Origin: a virus
Length of the DNA stretch: 64,000 bases
Direction: 5' to 3' (one strand)
Virus record (IMG/VR): IMGVR_UViG_3300042261_001117
Coordinates: 1 to 64,000 of that record
Part shown: piece after piece, positions 9,406 through 19,805 of the stretch
Numbering within the stretch: position 1 is the stretch's first letter
Layout: every line of letters starts with the position of its first letter
Translations under genes and position numbers: made by a program
The notes under the pieces: model-generated
Seen by the model: only the letters and a program-made list of their open reading frames with translations
Told to the model about the DNA's origin: nothing
Database searches by the model: none

Positions 9406-11051
9406 TGATTCAGCGCGTCTCGACACACTACGTGGTGGCTCTGCCGACCGCGCTTGATCCGATCACGGTCATGCGCGACCAGTCGCAGCAGGGACGCCGC
9501 GTGCAGTCGAACGCGGCGGACTACCAGTCGCTCTACGGCGGCGCGGCCATCGCGACGATCCCGTGGGTGACGTCGGCGCAGTGGCGCCCGCGCATTCCCC
9601 TGGTGCACTCGTTCACATACGACGACTCGGTCATCCAGCGCGGAACGAAGGGCATCCGCGCGTGGGACATCGTGCTGAGCGGCAAGGCGAGCCCGCTGCC
9701 GTTCCGCAAGTACGCGACCAATGAGACGGTGATCTCGCCGTCGTGGGAGCACCTCGAGCGCCTGCGGCTGCTGCTCGAAACGGCGGTTCGCGACTACGGG
9801 TACTGTCACCTCTACGCGCTCGACGAGGGCTGGTCGTGGAAGGTGATGCCCACGGGCGGGCCCGACTACGTGCGCGGGCAGGGGGACAAGCTCGGCGCGC
9901 TGTGGACCATCTCGTTCGAGGCGGTGGCGCCGCTCGATCCTCCGGCGGTTCTCAAGATCGAGCCGCTGATTGACGAAGACATCAAGTCGGACCCGCCTGC
10001 CGTAGCGGCGAAAGCAGCGGAAAAAACGAAGTTTTCGTTGCTGCGCGCTGCTGCTGCAGCCAGAGCCGCCATGCAGAAAGCGATCGGCGTCGTCACCGGA
10101 CCGATCCACGCGGCGCTGAACTACGTTGACGGCGTGGTGTCGGAGATCGAGGCGTTCGAAGCGCTGATCGTGAGCGTCGCGCACATGCCGGAGCGCATGG
10201 TGACGCGGGCGCTGAGCCTCTACAGCCGCACGCGCAACGCGGTCATTGGCGTCTACCGCGGCACGTACAAGTACGCGCGGGACCGGTGGTTCGGCTTCAA
10301 GCGCTTCGACTCTGGAGGCTCGGCGCTGGCGGGAATGGACGAACTCGCGTCGCTGGTGCGCGAGCAGAAGGAAGAGCAGCGTACCGCAGAGTACGAGATG
10401 ATGCGCTCGGCGCTGTCGGTGCGCATGGCAGCCATGCGCACGGGCAACGCGAAGATCCACTCCATCGGCGCGCGCGACTCGCTGGCGTCTATCGCGGCGT
10501 CGACGCTGGGCGATCCGTCGCTGTGGAAGACGCTCGCCGACGAGAACGACCTGCGCTACCCGTTCATCTCCGCCGCGGGCGCACCGGGCACGGTCAAGCC
10601 GGGCGACACGATCCGTGTCCCCGACACCGACGCCGGAGCCTCGGCCAGCGTCGCGCACCCGGACGAGAGCGACGATGAGCGCGTGTTCGGGACCGACTTC
10701 GCCATGGACTCGGACTACGACATCGCGTTCACTGAGTACGCGGACGGCGCAGACTGGGACCTCGCTGTGGGCGTGCCATGCATCGAGCAGTCGGTTCACG
10801 CCCGCATGCGGTGGGAGCGCGGAGAGAACAGGCTGTTCCCGACTCGTGGCGTGGCGCCGCAGATCGGTGCTGCCATGGCGCAGGACAGCGCGGTCACCTT
10901 CGCGATTGCGATGGCGACGGAGATGCGCGCGGACGACCGCGTGGCGCGCGTCGAGAACGCCCGCACGGTGGACGCGGGCAACGGGCTGCGGTGGGAAGGG
11001 ACGGTGGTGCTCGTGAACTCGCAAGGCATCCCGATCGGAGACGCACGATGA
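9405..11051 (+). CDS. Baseplate protein with LysM-like and gp25-like domains
   Basis: 'DSLASIAASTLGDPSLWKTLADENDL' (LysM-like); C-terminal 'FGTDF...IEQSVHARMRWERGE...ADDRVARV' (gp25/W-like). Confidence 0.65.
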   Translation: MIQRVSTHYVVALPTALDPITVMRDQSQQGRRVQSNAADYQSLYGGAAIATIPWVTSAQWRPRIPLVHSFTYDDSVIQRGTKGIRAWDIVLSGKASPLPFRKYATNETVISPSWEHLERLRLLLETAVRDYGYCHLYALDEGWSWKVMPTGGPDYVRGQGDKLGALWTISFEAVAPLDPPAVLKIEPLIDEDIKSDPPAVAAKAAEKTKFSLLRAAAAARAAMQKAIGVVTGPIHAALNYVDGVVSEIEAFEALIVSVAHMPERMVTRALSLYSRTRNAVIGVYRGTYKYARDRWFGFKRFDSGGSALAGMDELASLVREQKEEQRTAEYEMMRSALSVRMAAMRTGNAKIHSIGARDSLASIAASTLGDPSLWKTLADENDLRYPFISAAGAPGTVKPGDTIRVPDTDAGASASVAHPDESDDERVFGTDFAMDSDYDIAFTEYADGADWDLAVGVPCIEQSVHARMRWERGENRLFPTRGVAPQIGAAMAQDSAVTFAIAMATEMRADDRVARVENARTVDAGNGLRWEGTVVLVNSQGIPIGDAR

Positions 11052-12421
11052 TCCTCTTCGACACCGACGCCATTCGGCGCAGGCTGTTCGCCGAGATCGT
11101 GTCGCGCACGCGCGTGACGGACTTCCGGGCTGGCGGGCAGGCGGTGCAGTTCCTCGAAAGCTGGGTGCAGCGATTCGACGAGGTGTCCGACGCGATTTGG
11201 GCACTGCGGGACGCAGCGATGATCGGCTCTGCGCGAAGCGACGACCTCGACGCCATCCTCGCGGACGCACTGCCGGACGGCATGCTGCGATCGACGGGCA
11301 CGCGCGGAACCGGCGGCGGCGTAGAGTTCGGGCGGCCATCGTCCGACGCGATGCCGGAAATCATCATCCCCGCGGGGTTCCCGGTGCTGCGCTCTGGCGA
11401 CCGGACGCGCTACGTGACGACCGCGGCTGCGACCATCGCGGAGGACGCGGAGTGGTCGGCGCCGGTGGCGGTCATCGCGGACAGGACCGGCACTGCGGGA
11501 AACTGCGGCGTGGGCGACATCGCCACGCTCGGGGCGTCGAAGCAGGGCGTCACGAAGTGCAGGAACACGATCAGCATCACCAACGGTGCGGACTCCGAGG
11601 ACGACGACTCCGTGCGCGACAGGCTGCGGCGATCGATCCGCGCGGTCGGGAAAGCGGTGCCGAGCGCGCTGGTGCAGGCTGCGCTGGCAGCGTCGGACCC
11701 GACGTACGGCGTGGTGCGCTTCGCGTCGCTGGAGGCGGTCGACGAGGCGCTTCCGGGCATCGCGCGGATGTGGATCGACAACGGCAACGGCGACTGCGAA
11801 GTCGCGGTGGCGGTGGGCGCGGGCGAAGTGCTGGTGCCCGAGGCGGTCGGAGGCGAGCAGTACTGCTACCTCGCGGGGCGCCCGGTCAAGACCGTGCCGC
11901 AGATCCTCGTCGACGACGCGGGCGTGCCGTACACCATCGTGAAGCCGTGGGGGCAGGTGAAGCTCGCGACGGCGCTAGCGGCGGGCGAGGTGTGTACCGC
12001 CGGTGCGTACTCGTCGTACGGCGGGCTGGTGGCGGCGGTGCAGCGCGCCATCGACGGCGAGATCGGAAACTCCAACGACTACCCGGGCGTCGCGGCGCAC
12101 GGGGTGATCGTCTACGTCGGCGCGGCGTCCCGCGTGTCCACGACGCATGGCGACGGGCTCTGCCCGATCAGCGCGAACGTGGTGCGGAAGCCCGGCGCTC
12201 CGGCGACGCTGGACGCCGACCTGACGACAGCCATGGTGGCGTTCGTGAACAACCGCGACATCGGCGAGCACTTGTTCCCAGCGTCGGTGGTCAACATCTG
12301 CATGTCGAACCCGTGGGTGATCAACGTCACCGACGTGCTGATCGACCAGTCGGCGGGTGCGAAGTACTGCGGACCGAACAACGTGATCAGGACGGTCGAC
12401 GCCCTGGTCGACTTCTCGTAG
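11048..12421 (+). CDS. Baseplate wedge protein J-like
   Basis: ATGA overlap; 'VTDFRAG', 'IIPAG', 'GTAGN', 'NGADSEDDDSVRDRL' are Baseplate_J motifs. Confidence 0.85.
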   Translation: MILFDTDAIRRRLFAEIVSRTRVTDFRAGGQAVQFLESWVQRFDEVSDAIWALRDAAMIGSARSDDLDAILADALPDGMLRSTGTRGTGGGVEFGRPSSDAMPEIIIPAGFPVLRSGDRTRYVTTAAATIAEDAEWSAPVAVIADRTGTAGNCGVGDIATLGASKQGVTKCRNTISITNGADSEDDDSVRDRLRRSIRAVGKAVPSALVQAALAASDPTYGVVRFASLEAVDEALPGIARMWIDNGNGDCEVAVAVGAGEVLVPEAVGGEQYCYLAGRPVKTVPQILVDDAGVPYTIVKPWGQVKLATALAAGEVCTAGAYSSYGGLVAAVQRAIDGEIGNSNDYPGVAAHGVIVYVGAASRVSTTHGDGLCPISANVVRKPGAPATLDADLTTAMVAFVNNRDIGEHLFPASVVNICMSNPWVINVTDVLIDQSAGAKYCGPNNVIRTVDALVDFS

Positions 12422-12433
12422 CTGGAGGGCGCG

Positions 12434-13612
12434 ATGGCCGACAATCCCAAGATCGTGCAGTGGACGCGGAACCAGCGCGTCGGCAAGGGCGACCTCAACG
12501 CGGTGAGCACGCTGCTGAGCGACGCCGACCGCATGCTGGCGCGGATCATCGGCTGCCCGAACTACGACGAAAGCGCGTCGTCGCTGGCGCGTGGATGCGT
12601 GCTGCGCACGGCGAACGTCACGTTCGATGCAGTGGCTGGCACCTGCACGATCGGCGCAGGCCTGCGCGTGCTGCTCGCGGCTGAAGTCGGGAGTCCGGGG
12701 CCCTACGGCGACGTGGTCGAACTCGAGGCGTCGCAGACCGTGACGGACGGCTGCCCGACCGTTGGGATTCCGTACGTGCTGCTCATGGCGCTGCCTGGAG
12801 CGCTTACCGACACGGATCTGGCGTCGCGCGTGGTCTACGACAGCACATCGACGTCGAAGGAGAAGCTGCAGACGCTGGCGACGCGGAAGTCGCGTGGCAT
12901 GACGATCGTCGCAGTCGACTCGTCGGACACCGCGACCATCGAAGCCAACGAAGCGCTCGGGTACGAGCGCGTGGCTATCCTCGCGTACAATAGCGGGTCG
13001 CCCGCGCTGTCGTCGTGGTACACGCTGTTCCCGCGACCGTCGAACCTCGTGCGGTACCCGGACGGCATCCTCGAGAGCGTCATCCAGACGCTGGTTGCGC
13101 TGGCGTCGGAAATTGCGATCGTCAAAGGGACGTTGTGGGATTCGAACCTCGTTCACTCCGATGCTGCGCTTGATCTGAACTACCTGCGCGTAGCTGCCAT
13201 CAAAGCCATCGTCGAGAACGTCACCACCGGCAACGTGGCGCTCGGCGGCAGGGTGACGACGCTTGAGGCGCTGCGACCATGTCGTGCAGCGTGCGTGCTG
13301 CGATTCAACGGCGGAACGGACGACCCGGACGTCGACGGCTTCTCGACGACCCCGTTCAACATCTCTGGCGCGGTGCGCGAAAGCGCAGGGCTCTACCTCG
13401 TGTCGAAGACGGCCATCACGTCGGGGCAGTTCTACTCGGCGACGTGGCGCGCGATGAACAGCGTCATGCTGAAGTGGTGGCGCGTGCGCGTGCTGTGGGC
13501 GTCCTCGTCGACGTTCTACGTCGAGACGCAGGCGCTCACCGATGGAATCTCGGGCGAGTGGGCGGTGGCTGACCCGGACGACGGCGACGCACTGTTCGTC
13601 GAGGAGTTCTAG
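12434..13612 (+). CDS. Putative baseplate/tail structural protein
   Basis: 392 aa with GGAGG SD inside the baseplate cluster. Confidence 0.45.
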   Translation: MADNPKIVQWTRNQRVGKGDLNAVSTLLSDADRMLARIIGCPNYDESASSLARGCVLRTANVTFDAVAGTCTIGAGLRVLLAAEVGSPGPYGDVVELEASQTVTDGCPTVGIPYVLLMALPGALTDTDLASRVVYDSTSTSKEKLQTLATRKSRGMTIVAVDSSDTATIEANEALGYERVAILAYNSGSPALSSWYTLFPRPSNLVRYPDGILESVIQTLVALASEIAIVKGTLWDSNLVHSDAALDLNYLRVAAIKAIVENVTTGNVALGGRVTTLEALRPCRAACVLRFNGGTDDPDVDGFSTTPFNISGAVRESAGLYLVSKTAITSGQFYSATWRAMNSVMLKWWRVRVLWASSSTFYVETQALTDGISGEWAVADPDDGDALFVEEF

Positions 13613-13615
13613 CGC

Positions 13616-14152
13616 ATGCCGACCTACACGATCGACAACGCGGAGCACCCGTGCTCCGTCTTCCGCCGCAACGACGAGCACCAGGACCGCGGCGGCACGC
13701 CGATGATGATCGAGATCGTGTGGGGCGATGAAGAGACGAAGCACGCGCTGCAGTACCAAGCTCGGGTGTTCGTGCTGGTGGGAGATCCCGACGACACGCT
13801 CGAGAACCTTCGAGACGCGGCGGGCGATCCGATCATGCTCTACAGTGGAGTGCCCGGCGACGGAAACGTGCTCACGCCCGCGTCGCTCGAGCCCGGTCGA
13901 CCGGACTACATGAGCGTGCTGGTGGGGATGATGCCGCGGCTCTACCCGGCGGTCTACTGGCTCGGCGTGCAGTGGCGCGCGACGCCGGACGCCGCGTGGC
14001 CGGTCGACACGGAGTGGACGGTGGTCGACGAACCGCTGTGGGTGCTGCCGCGCGCGCGGCAGCCCGAGGTGTACGAGTTTCGGCGCGACTGGCCGAAGGT
14101 GCATGCGGCGGGCCCGCGCTCGCCGGAGATGGACCCGATGGTGGAGGTGTAG
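13616..14152 (+). CDS. Hypothetical protein in tail module
   Basis: 178-aa ORF, tight packing, GC3-rich codons. Confidence 0.5.
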   Translation: MPTYTIDNAEHPCSVFRRNDEHQDRGGTPMMIEIVWGDEETKHALQYQARVFVLVGDPDDTLENLRDAAGDPIMLYSGVPGDGNVLTPASLEPGRPDYMSVLVGMMPRLYPAVYWLGVQWRATPDAAWPVDTEWTVVDEPLWVLPRARQPEVYEFRRDWPKVHAAGPRSPEMDPMVEV

Positions 14153-14171
14153 GATGGTGCGACCGAGAGGG

Positions 14172-14408
14172 ATGGCGCCTTCGTGGAATGGCTGGGCGGC
14201 GGTGTGCGTGGCGGGAGCGCTGGCCGCGCTGCTGGCTTCGTGCGGTCCGTACCTGTGCCAGAACCTCGACTTCGTACTCGACGACGGCGCCGCGCCCAAG
14301 TCGACGCGGGTGACGCTGGTGTGCGACGGCACCGCGATTCTGCAGGCAGACGTGGACGTTCTGGCGCTGCCGACGTCGGAGCCCTGCGCGTGCGAGGCTC
14401 CGAAGTGA
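14172..14408 (+). CDS. Small Cys-rich putative lipoprotein
   Basis: Hydrophobic N-terminus ending in lipobox-like LLAS-C; GAGAGG SD (alternative start 14154). Confidence 0.45.
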   Translation: MAPSWNGWAAVCVAGALAALLASCGPYLCQNLDFVLDDGAAPKSTRVTLVCDGTAILQADVDVLALPTSEPCACEAPK

Positions 14409-14626
14409 ACGCGACCCAGGTGGCGCAGAAGGTCGTCGTCGTGGCGCGTGGGGCAGCGAGCGTCGCTCGCGTGGTGGGCGGTGCGGTGGGTGTCGCGGGC
14501 GAGGTGGCCGGTGCGGTCGCGGAGATCCTTGCGCCGACGCTCGTGAAGCGCGTTCGCGCGGCAAGGCTTCGCATCGTGGACCGGCGCAAGCGCACCGCGC
14601 GGGCAGAAGCGGGCGGGCCGACGTAG
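14405..14626 (+). CDS. Small hydrophobic/basic protein
   Basis: GTGA overlap; Val/Ala/Gly-rich N-half and Arg-rich tail. Confidence 0.4.
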   Translation: MNATQVAQKVVVVARGAASVARVVGGAVGVAGEVAGAVAEILAPTLVKRVRAARLRIVDRRKRTARAEAGGPT

Positions 14627-14635
14627 GAGGAGCAG

Positions 14636-17600
14636 GTGGCGGTCAAGACGGTCAACAGCGGTGGCGGCGCGACGTACACGTCGCTGACGCAGGCGTTCTC
14701 TGCTGCCAACCTCGCCAACAGCGACGAGATCCACATCACCGGGGGCTCGTCGTACACCGGCCAAGACCTGTCGCACTGGGCGTCGCACTCTAGCGTCAAG
14801 CTTCTGAACTACACCGGCGGCACAGTCACGATCACCACCGCCACCGGCACGTCTGTCTCGGTCGGCGCGAGCGCGCAGATCGGCGACAACAGCGGGCACG
14901 GCTTCATGACGTTCGGGCTCGCTGGGAGCCCCGACGCATCCGGCGCGGTGCTCTACGTCGCCATGGGGAAGTCGCTCACGACGTGGGACTGCAGCTACGT
15001 CGCGCCGTACCAGAAAGCCGGGTGCCGCATCGAAGGGTACACCAGCGACGGCAGCGTCACCGCGACGCGCTGCACGTTCAAAGGGTACTCCAGCGCACCG
15101 AACGGGCCGGGAAGTTCATCGTGCGTCGACCTCGCGGTGAGCGGTGGCAGCACCGGCAAACCGATCATCACCGCCACCGAGTGCGTCTTCGAAGACGTCG
15201 GCGGGTCGGCGGGCACCGGCATCAACGCGTCGGGCGGGTCGCGCGCGACTGCCACGATCGATCGGTGCACGTTCAAGAACCTGTCGTGGGGCATCTACAT
15301 CTACTCCGCTGCCACCATCGACGTGCGCGACAGCGAGTTCTACTCGATGGTCCATTGGGCTGTTCAGCACGCGGACTCGGGGAACCCCACGGTCCGGATC
15401 TACGCGTGCACCATGGACTGCTCGGGCGACGGGTGCTACGGGCAGAACGTCGGCGTCAGCAAGAGCGGCGTGGACGTGCGCGGCAACTGGTTCTCGACCA
15501 TGCGCGTGCAGCAGGGCGCGGGCAACTGGGACTACAACGGGTACGGAACGCTGGCGGACGGAACACCTGGAGCGCACGACTACGATACCGCTGCAGACCC
15601 GGGGTTCACGAACAAGGCGGGACACGACTACTCGCTGACGTGGACCAGCGAGTTGATCAACAAGTGCGGCGCGTGGACGTCGGCGACCGGCGCGGACCGC
15701 GCTGGCAACGGCCGAGTGCGCGGTTCGTCTCAGGACGGTGGAGCGTTCGAGTACCAGTACACCGACTGCACGTTGAACAGCTACGAGTGGGTCAACGCCA
15801 CCACGCTCGACGTCACGCTGATCAGCACCGGCGGAACGAACTACCCGAACCAGACCAGCGCGCAGGAGCCGACCAACTGGCCGATCGACTTCCCGACCGA
15901 TCCCACGATCCAGGTGTCGTCCGCCACGCGCGTCGGCGGTGCGGGGTCGCTCACGTACCGGCTTGTGTTCAACAAGGCGTTCCCCGGGCTGGCGCACTTC
16001 AACATCGACACCGACGCGCTGATCCTCACCGACCCGCTCGGCGGCTACGTAACCCCGCCTCCACTGGCGGTGGTTGCGCTTGCGGCGGACTGCGGGATCG
16101 GCGACATCAACCAGATCGACTACAAGACGTTCCGCGTGACGTTCGTGGCTTCCGGTGGCGGTGGCGCGATGCCCGACGAGACGTCGGCGACAGACCCGGA
16201 CAACTGGTCGGGCGACGTCGAAGGCGATCCGGTGACGATCGTCTCGGTGACGCGGTTCGGTGACTTCAACTACGACGTGACGCTCGCGGAGCACCCCGCC
16301 GGTGCGCAGACGCTGACGCTCGACTCGTCGCTGGTCGAGACGGACCAGGGTGGGCACTGCGACGACCCTGGCACCGGCGCAGTGGAGACCGAAGCGTACG
16401 ACTGCGGGTTCTCGTTGGCGACGAGGCTCTCGTCGCGCGTGGCCAGGGTGACGTTCGCGCCGGAGGCAGGCGTGGGCGCTCCGGTGCCAGCACCTGCGGA
16501 CGCGACGGACGCTGCGAAGTGGACGACGGGCTCGGTGACCGGTGGCGCCGGACGCCCCATCTTCGCGGACCGACCGCCGGAAGAAGTCGACGGTGGCGAC
16601 GGGCTCGTCTACGACGTGCACCTTTCGCGGGTGTGGATGGCGGGCGAGAAGCTGTCGTTTGATGTGAGCGCCATCGGGACCGACACCGGCGGCACGTGCG
16701 GCGCACCTCCGACCGGGACCGCGCTGGCCACTCCACCGTCCGACGTTCCGCCTCCGGAGGGCATGCTTGCAGCGACGACCGCCGCGATCGGGAACTGCCT
16801 CGCTGAGATGGCCGGACGCCCGACGACGCGGCTACGCACGGCGCTGGCACTCAGCGAGACGACCGAGGTCGAGGTCGAGTCGACGCTCAACTTCCCCGAC
16901 GTCGGGACCATCATCGTCGCGGGCGAGCGCATCGCGTACCTGACGCGCACGCCGACGACGTTCCGCGACCTGACGCGCGACCCGGAGCGCGCGGCGCTGT
17001 ACGCACCGTCGATGGAAGCCCGCGCAATCGGAGCGCCGGTGGTCTGCATGACGCCGCGCTGGTCGGTGCTCGAGAGCGCGCTGTCCGACGTGCACATCTC
17101 GACGGCCATCGGCGACGCGGTGGAAGCGGTCGCTGGCGATCGTGGCTTCGCGCGCCCGCTGGTGGAGATGGCGCTTGAGGACGTCCGCGAGTACGCCATG
17201 GCGCAGTACTACCTCGACCGGTCGGTGCTGCCCGCGATCTTCCGCGTGCTGCGCCCGATGTTCCGGTGGGCGGAGACGCCGTCGACGGGCTCGGTGGTGG
17301 TCGACGGCGACGGCGCGTGGCTGGTGATGGCGGGCTGGGACGTCGCGGAGTCGATGCTCGATCGGTGGGTTGAAGTTGACGAACGCATCTGCAGGATCAA
17401 GACCGTGCGCCAGAACGGCGACGACGTCGAAGCGCTGCTCGACGCGGTCGGAGGAGCGCTGCACCAAGGTCATGGGTTCACCGAGGCGTCAGCGTCGGTC
17501 GAGTGGTCGCTGGTGCCATTCCGCGTGACGCTGGCTCGCGGTGGTCACGCAGTGGACGACACGGGCGCGGAGGGTGCGCAGGAAGCTGCCGCGAGCATCG

Positions 17601-17878
17601 ACGTGACGATCTACGCCACCGACCCGGACGTGCCGTTCACGTACCTGCTCGACGACGACGAACTGACGCCGGACGACCGACCGCTCGCTGGCAAGCTGCT
17701 CGACGACGAAGACCCCGGCATGGAGACAGACGAGGGATCACCGAACTTCGGCGAACTGATCGCACCGCTCTACATGCTGGACCCGTTCGCAGACGAGACG
17801 AATGACGTGCTGTTCGACGTGGTCGCCGCTGGCGTCTACGTGCGAGTCAGCGCACTGCCGGGTGACAACCCGCCGTAG
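14636..17878 (+). CDS. Large tail/baseplate protein: beta-helix, three Ig-like repeats, C-terminal wedge-like domain
   Basis: 'xxCxF' beta-helix repeats; 'DPGF...DYSL...S.LI...D..G..R...DGGAFEY' choice-of-anchor-Q-like motif; three ~105-aa repeats starting 'DC'. Confidence 0.6.
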   Translation: MAVKTVNSGGGATYTSLTQAFSAANLANSDEIHITGGSSYTGQDLSHWASHSSVKLLNYTGGTVTITTATGTSVSVGASAQIGDNSGHGFMTFGLAGSPDASGAVLYVAMGKSLTTWDCSYVAPYQKAGCRIEGYTSDGSVTATRCTFKGYSSAPNGPGSSSCVDLAVSGGSTGKPIITATECVFEDVGGSAGTGINASGGSRATATIDRCTFKNLSWGIYIYSAATIDVRDSEFYSMVHWAVQHADSGNPTVRIYACTMDCSGDGCYGQNVGVSKSGVDVRGNWFSTMRVQQGAGNWDYNGYGTLADGTPGAHDYDTAADPGFTNKAGHDYSLTWTSELINKCGAWTSATGADRAGNGRVRGSSQDGGAFEYQYTDCTLNSYEWVNATTLDVTLISTGGTNYPNQTSAQEPTNWPIDFPTDPTIQVSSATRVGGAGSLTYRLVFNKAFPGLAHFNIDTDALILTDPLGGYVTPPPLAVVALAADCGIGDINQIDYKTFRVTFVASGGGGAMPDETSATDPDNWSGDVEGDPVTIVSVTRFGDFNYDVTLAEHPAGAQTLTLDSSLVETDQGGHCDDPGTGAVETEAYDCGFSLATRLSSRVARVTFAPEAGVGAPVPAPADATDAAKWTTGSVTGGAGRPIFADRPPEEVDGGDGLVYDVHLSRVWMAGEKLSFDVSAIGTDTGGTCGAPPTGTALATPPSDVPPPEGMLAATTAAIGNCLAEMAGRPTTRLRTALALSETTEVEVESTLNFPDVGTIIVAGERIAYLTRTPTTFRDLTRDPERAALYAPSMEARAIGAPVVCMTPRWSVLESALSDVHISTAIGDAVEAVAGDRGFARPLVEMALEDVREYAMAQYYLDRSVLPAIFRVLRPMFRWAETPSTGSVVVDGDGAWLVMAGWDVAESMLDRWVEVDERICRIKTVRQNGDDVEALLDAVGGALHQGHGFTEASASVEWSLVPFRVTLARGGHAVDDTGAEGAQEAAASIDVTIYATDPDVPFTYLLDDDELTPDDRPLAGKLLDDEDPGMETDEGSPNFGELIAPLYMLDPFADETNDVLFDVVAAGVYVRVSALPGDNPP

Positions 17879-17883
17879 CGGTC

Positions 17884-17912
17884 TTGTGCGCGGCGGTGGC
17901 GTTTGGTACTAT
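17884..17912 (+). promoter_or_regulatory. Promoter TTGTGC-17-TACTAT with extended -10 TG
   Basis: Same -35 hexamer as the sheath promoter; intergenic. Confidence 0.6.
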
Positions 17913-17933
17913 CGGACCGACACGGAGGATCAT

Positions 17934-19178
17934 ATGAGCAGCACCGCGTGGCGTGAGAAGAATCTCCTGAACGCTGGCAACCAGTACACGACCGCTGCGC
18001 TGCGCGGCGCGCTGGAAGCGATCCGCGCAGGCCAGAGCGTCGATGCCGCGCTGCAGATCGCGATCGACTCACTGCAGGCGGCGCTGCATCCTCCTGTCGA
18101 CGACATCTCCGGACTCACCGCGCTGACCACGCTTGGAGACGAAGCGGACTTGCGCGACGGCGAGACGGTGCTCGTGCAGATCGGCGTCGCAGACAAGCCG
18201 CAGGAGTGGATGTACGACGCGGAATCGGAGGCGGAGCCCGACGATGCGACGGTGCTGATGCCCGACGATCACGACCCCGAGACGCCCGAGGCTGGACGGC
18301 TACTGATCGTCGGCGGCGGGGGATCTGGTGGAGTCACGCTCGACGACGTGCACGCCGACCAGGACGCGAAGGGCGTGAACGGCTACCGCAAGGTGCTGGG
18401 GTTCGTCTCCAACGAGGCGGCACTGTCCGAAGATCCATCCCTGGACGACGCCTACATCGCCAACGACAGCCACCGCGTCTACTACTGCGTAGCCGAAGCG
18501 GTCAACGAGACTCCCGCCGAGTGGAACTACCTCACGGCAGGCACGCAGGCGTTCGTGGTGCGCGACACGGTGGCGGGCAAGACCTACGCCTTCATCCTCG
18601 GCGTGTGGCGCGAGATCCCGCACACCATCGGCGACTCGCTGTACTTCCGCGTGGCCGACGAGGCGTTCAGCGGCGCGTGGAACGAGTCTGGAAAGGACAC
18701 CACGAAGTCGTACCTGTCGCTCGACAACAGCGTGATCTGGTACTACAACGTCGACCAGTGGACGTTGGCGGATTCCGCCGACTGGGCGTTCTGCTACGTC
18801 AAGAACACGATGGTCTACGTGTCGGGTGGCGCCGGACACCCCGCCATGACGGTCATCGACGCACTGCTGAAGAATCAGGTCACGTACCAGATCACCTTCG
18901 CCGGTGTCGACGCGAGCGGGGAGTCCGATGTCGAGTCCCCGGTACAGCAGCAGGACCAGGACTTCGCGCCCGCGCAGTACGACGAGATCATCAGCGTCGT
19001 CGGGCAGGACACCGTCCTGAAAACCATCACGGTCCCGACGTTCGGCTCCGAGAGCGGGGCGCTGGCGAAGGCCCTGGTATCGACCGGCGACCCGGCCTCG
19101 GTGAAGGTGGTGTTCCGGCACGGGGACGAAAACGACTTCTCCGACTACATCTTCACGGCGACGGTTCTGCGAACGTAA
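17934..19178 (+). CDS. Putative tail fibre/virion decoration protein
   Basis: GGAGG SD; acidic and aromatic-rich, with a poly-Gly linker; follows the baseplate genes. Confidence 0.5.
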   Translation: MSSTAWREKNLLNAGNQYTTAALRGALEAIRAGQSVDAALQIAIDSLQAALHPPVDDISGLTALTTLGDEADLRDGETVLVQIGVADKPQEWMYDAESEAEPDDATVLMPDDHDPETPEAGRLLIVGGGGSGGVTLDDVHADQDAKGVNGYRKVLGFVSNEAALSEDPSLDDAYIANDSHRVYYCVAEAVNETPAEWNYLTAGTQAFVVRDTVAGKTYAFILGVWREIPHTIGDSLYFRVADEAFSGAWNESGKDTTKSYLSLDNSVIWYYNVDQWTLADSADWAFCYVKNTMVYVSGGAGHPAMTVIDALLKNQVTYQITFAGVDASGESDVESPVQQQDQDFAPAQYDEIISVVGQDTVLKTITVPTFGSESGALAKALVSTGDPASVKVVFRHGDENDFSDYIFTATVLRT

Positions 19179-19200
19179 GCGCTATGTAGAGGAGTGAACC

Positions 19201-19752
19201 ATGGCACCTCGACTTCCGACCGCGTACGAAGAGGAGAACCTGATCCGCACGGGGAACGGGTTCACCGACGACGTCATCCGCGCGATCCTGTACCGACTCC
19301 GGTCGGTCGCTCCGAAGTGGCACACCGGCAGTGGTGCGCCGTCGTCGGAACTCGGAGAGGATGGCGACCTGTACCTGCGCACGACCAACGGCGCGGTGTA
19401 CGGGCCCAAGGCCGATGGCGCGTGGGGTCTGCCCGCGTGCAACATCACCGGGCCCAAGGGCTTGACGGGCGCGGACGGCAGCACGGTCGTCGGGCAGATC
19501 CGGTTCTCCGGCGCGGACGCCAGCGAAGATCCGTTCAACGTCGGCTTCACGCTGATCGCTCCGGACGATGCGGTCCCCGCGATCGGCGACAAGCTCGTCT
19601 GGCTGCAGGCGTTCGGAGCGGACCTGCCGGTGGCGGGTACCGACGTGGCCACGGCGCTCGTCGACGACGACGGAGATCCGAAAGTGCAGTGGCTGGCGGG
19701 CAACACCTCTGGCAACGTGTACGTCGGGCTGCTGATGCGTCCGGCGGTGTAA
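19201..19752 (+). CDS. Fibre-associated protein with 'GSGAP...GDLYL' motif and short collagen-like stretch
   Basis: 'WHTGSGAPSSELGEDGDLYLRTTNGAVYGPK' followed by 'GPKGLTGADG'. Confidence 0.55.
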   Translation: MAPRLPTAYEEENLIRTGNGFTDDVIRAILYRLRSVAPKWHTGSGAPSSELGEDGDLYLRTTNGAVYGPKADGAWGLPACNITGPKGLTGADGSTVVGQIRFSGADASEDPFNVGFTLIAPDDAVPAIGDKLVWLQAFGADLPVAGTDVATALVDDDGDPKVQWLAGNTSGNVYVGLLMRPAV

Positions 19753-19805
19753 CCGCGCTCACCCGCCCGCACCGAGCGGGCGTTGTGCTCTGAGCGGAGT
19801 GGAGC

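Noticed and set aside
1345-12421. Tail cluster as a tailocin, eCIS or T6SS
   Set aside because: It is contiguous with terminase, replication and phage accessory genes, so it is a phage tail.
1162-14899. Very long alternative-frame and antisense ORFs (e.g. 1162-3897 minus, 11975-14899 minus; also 29861-32260 minus)
   Set aside because: Arg/Ala/Pro-rich shadow ORFs expected from high GC3 codon bias opposite real genes; no motifs or SDs.
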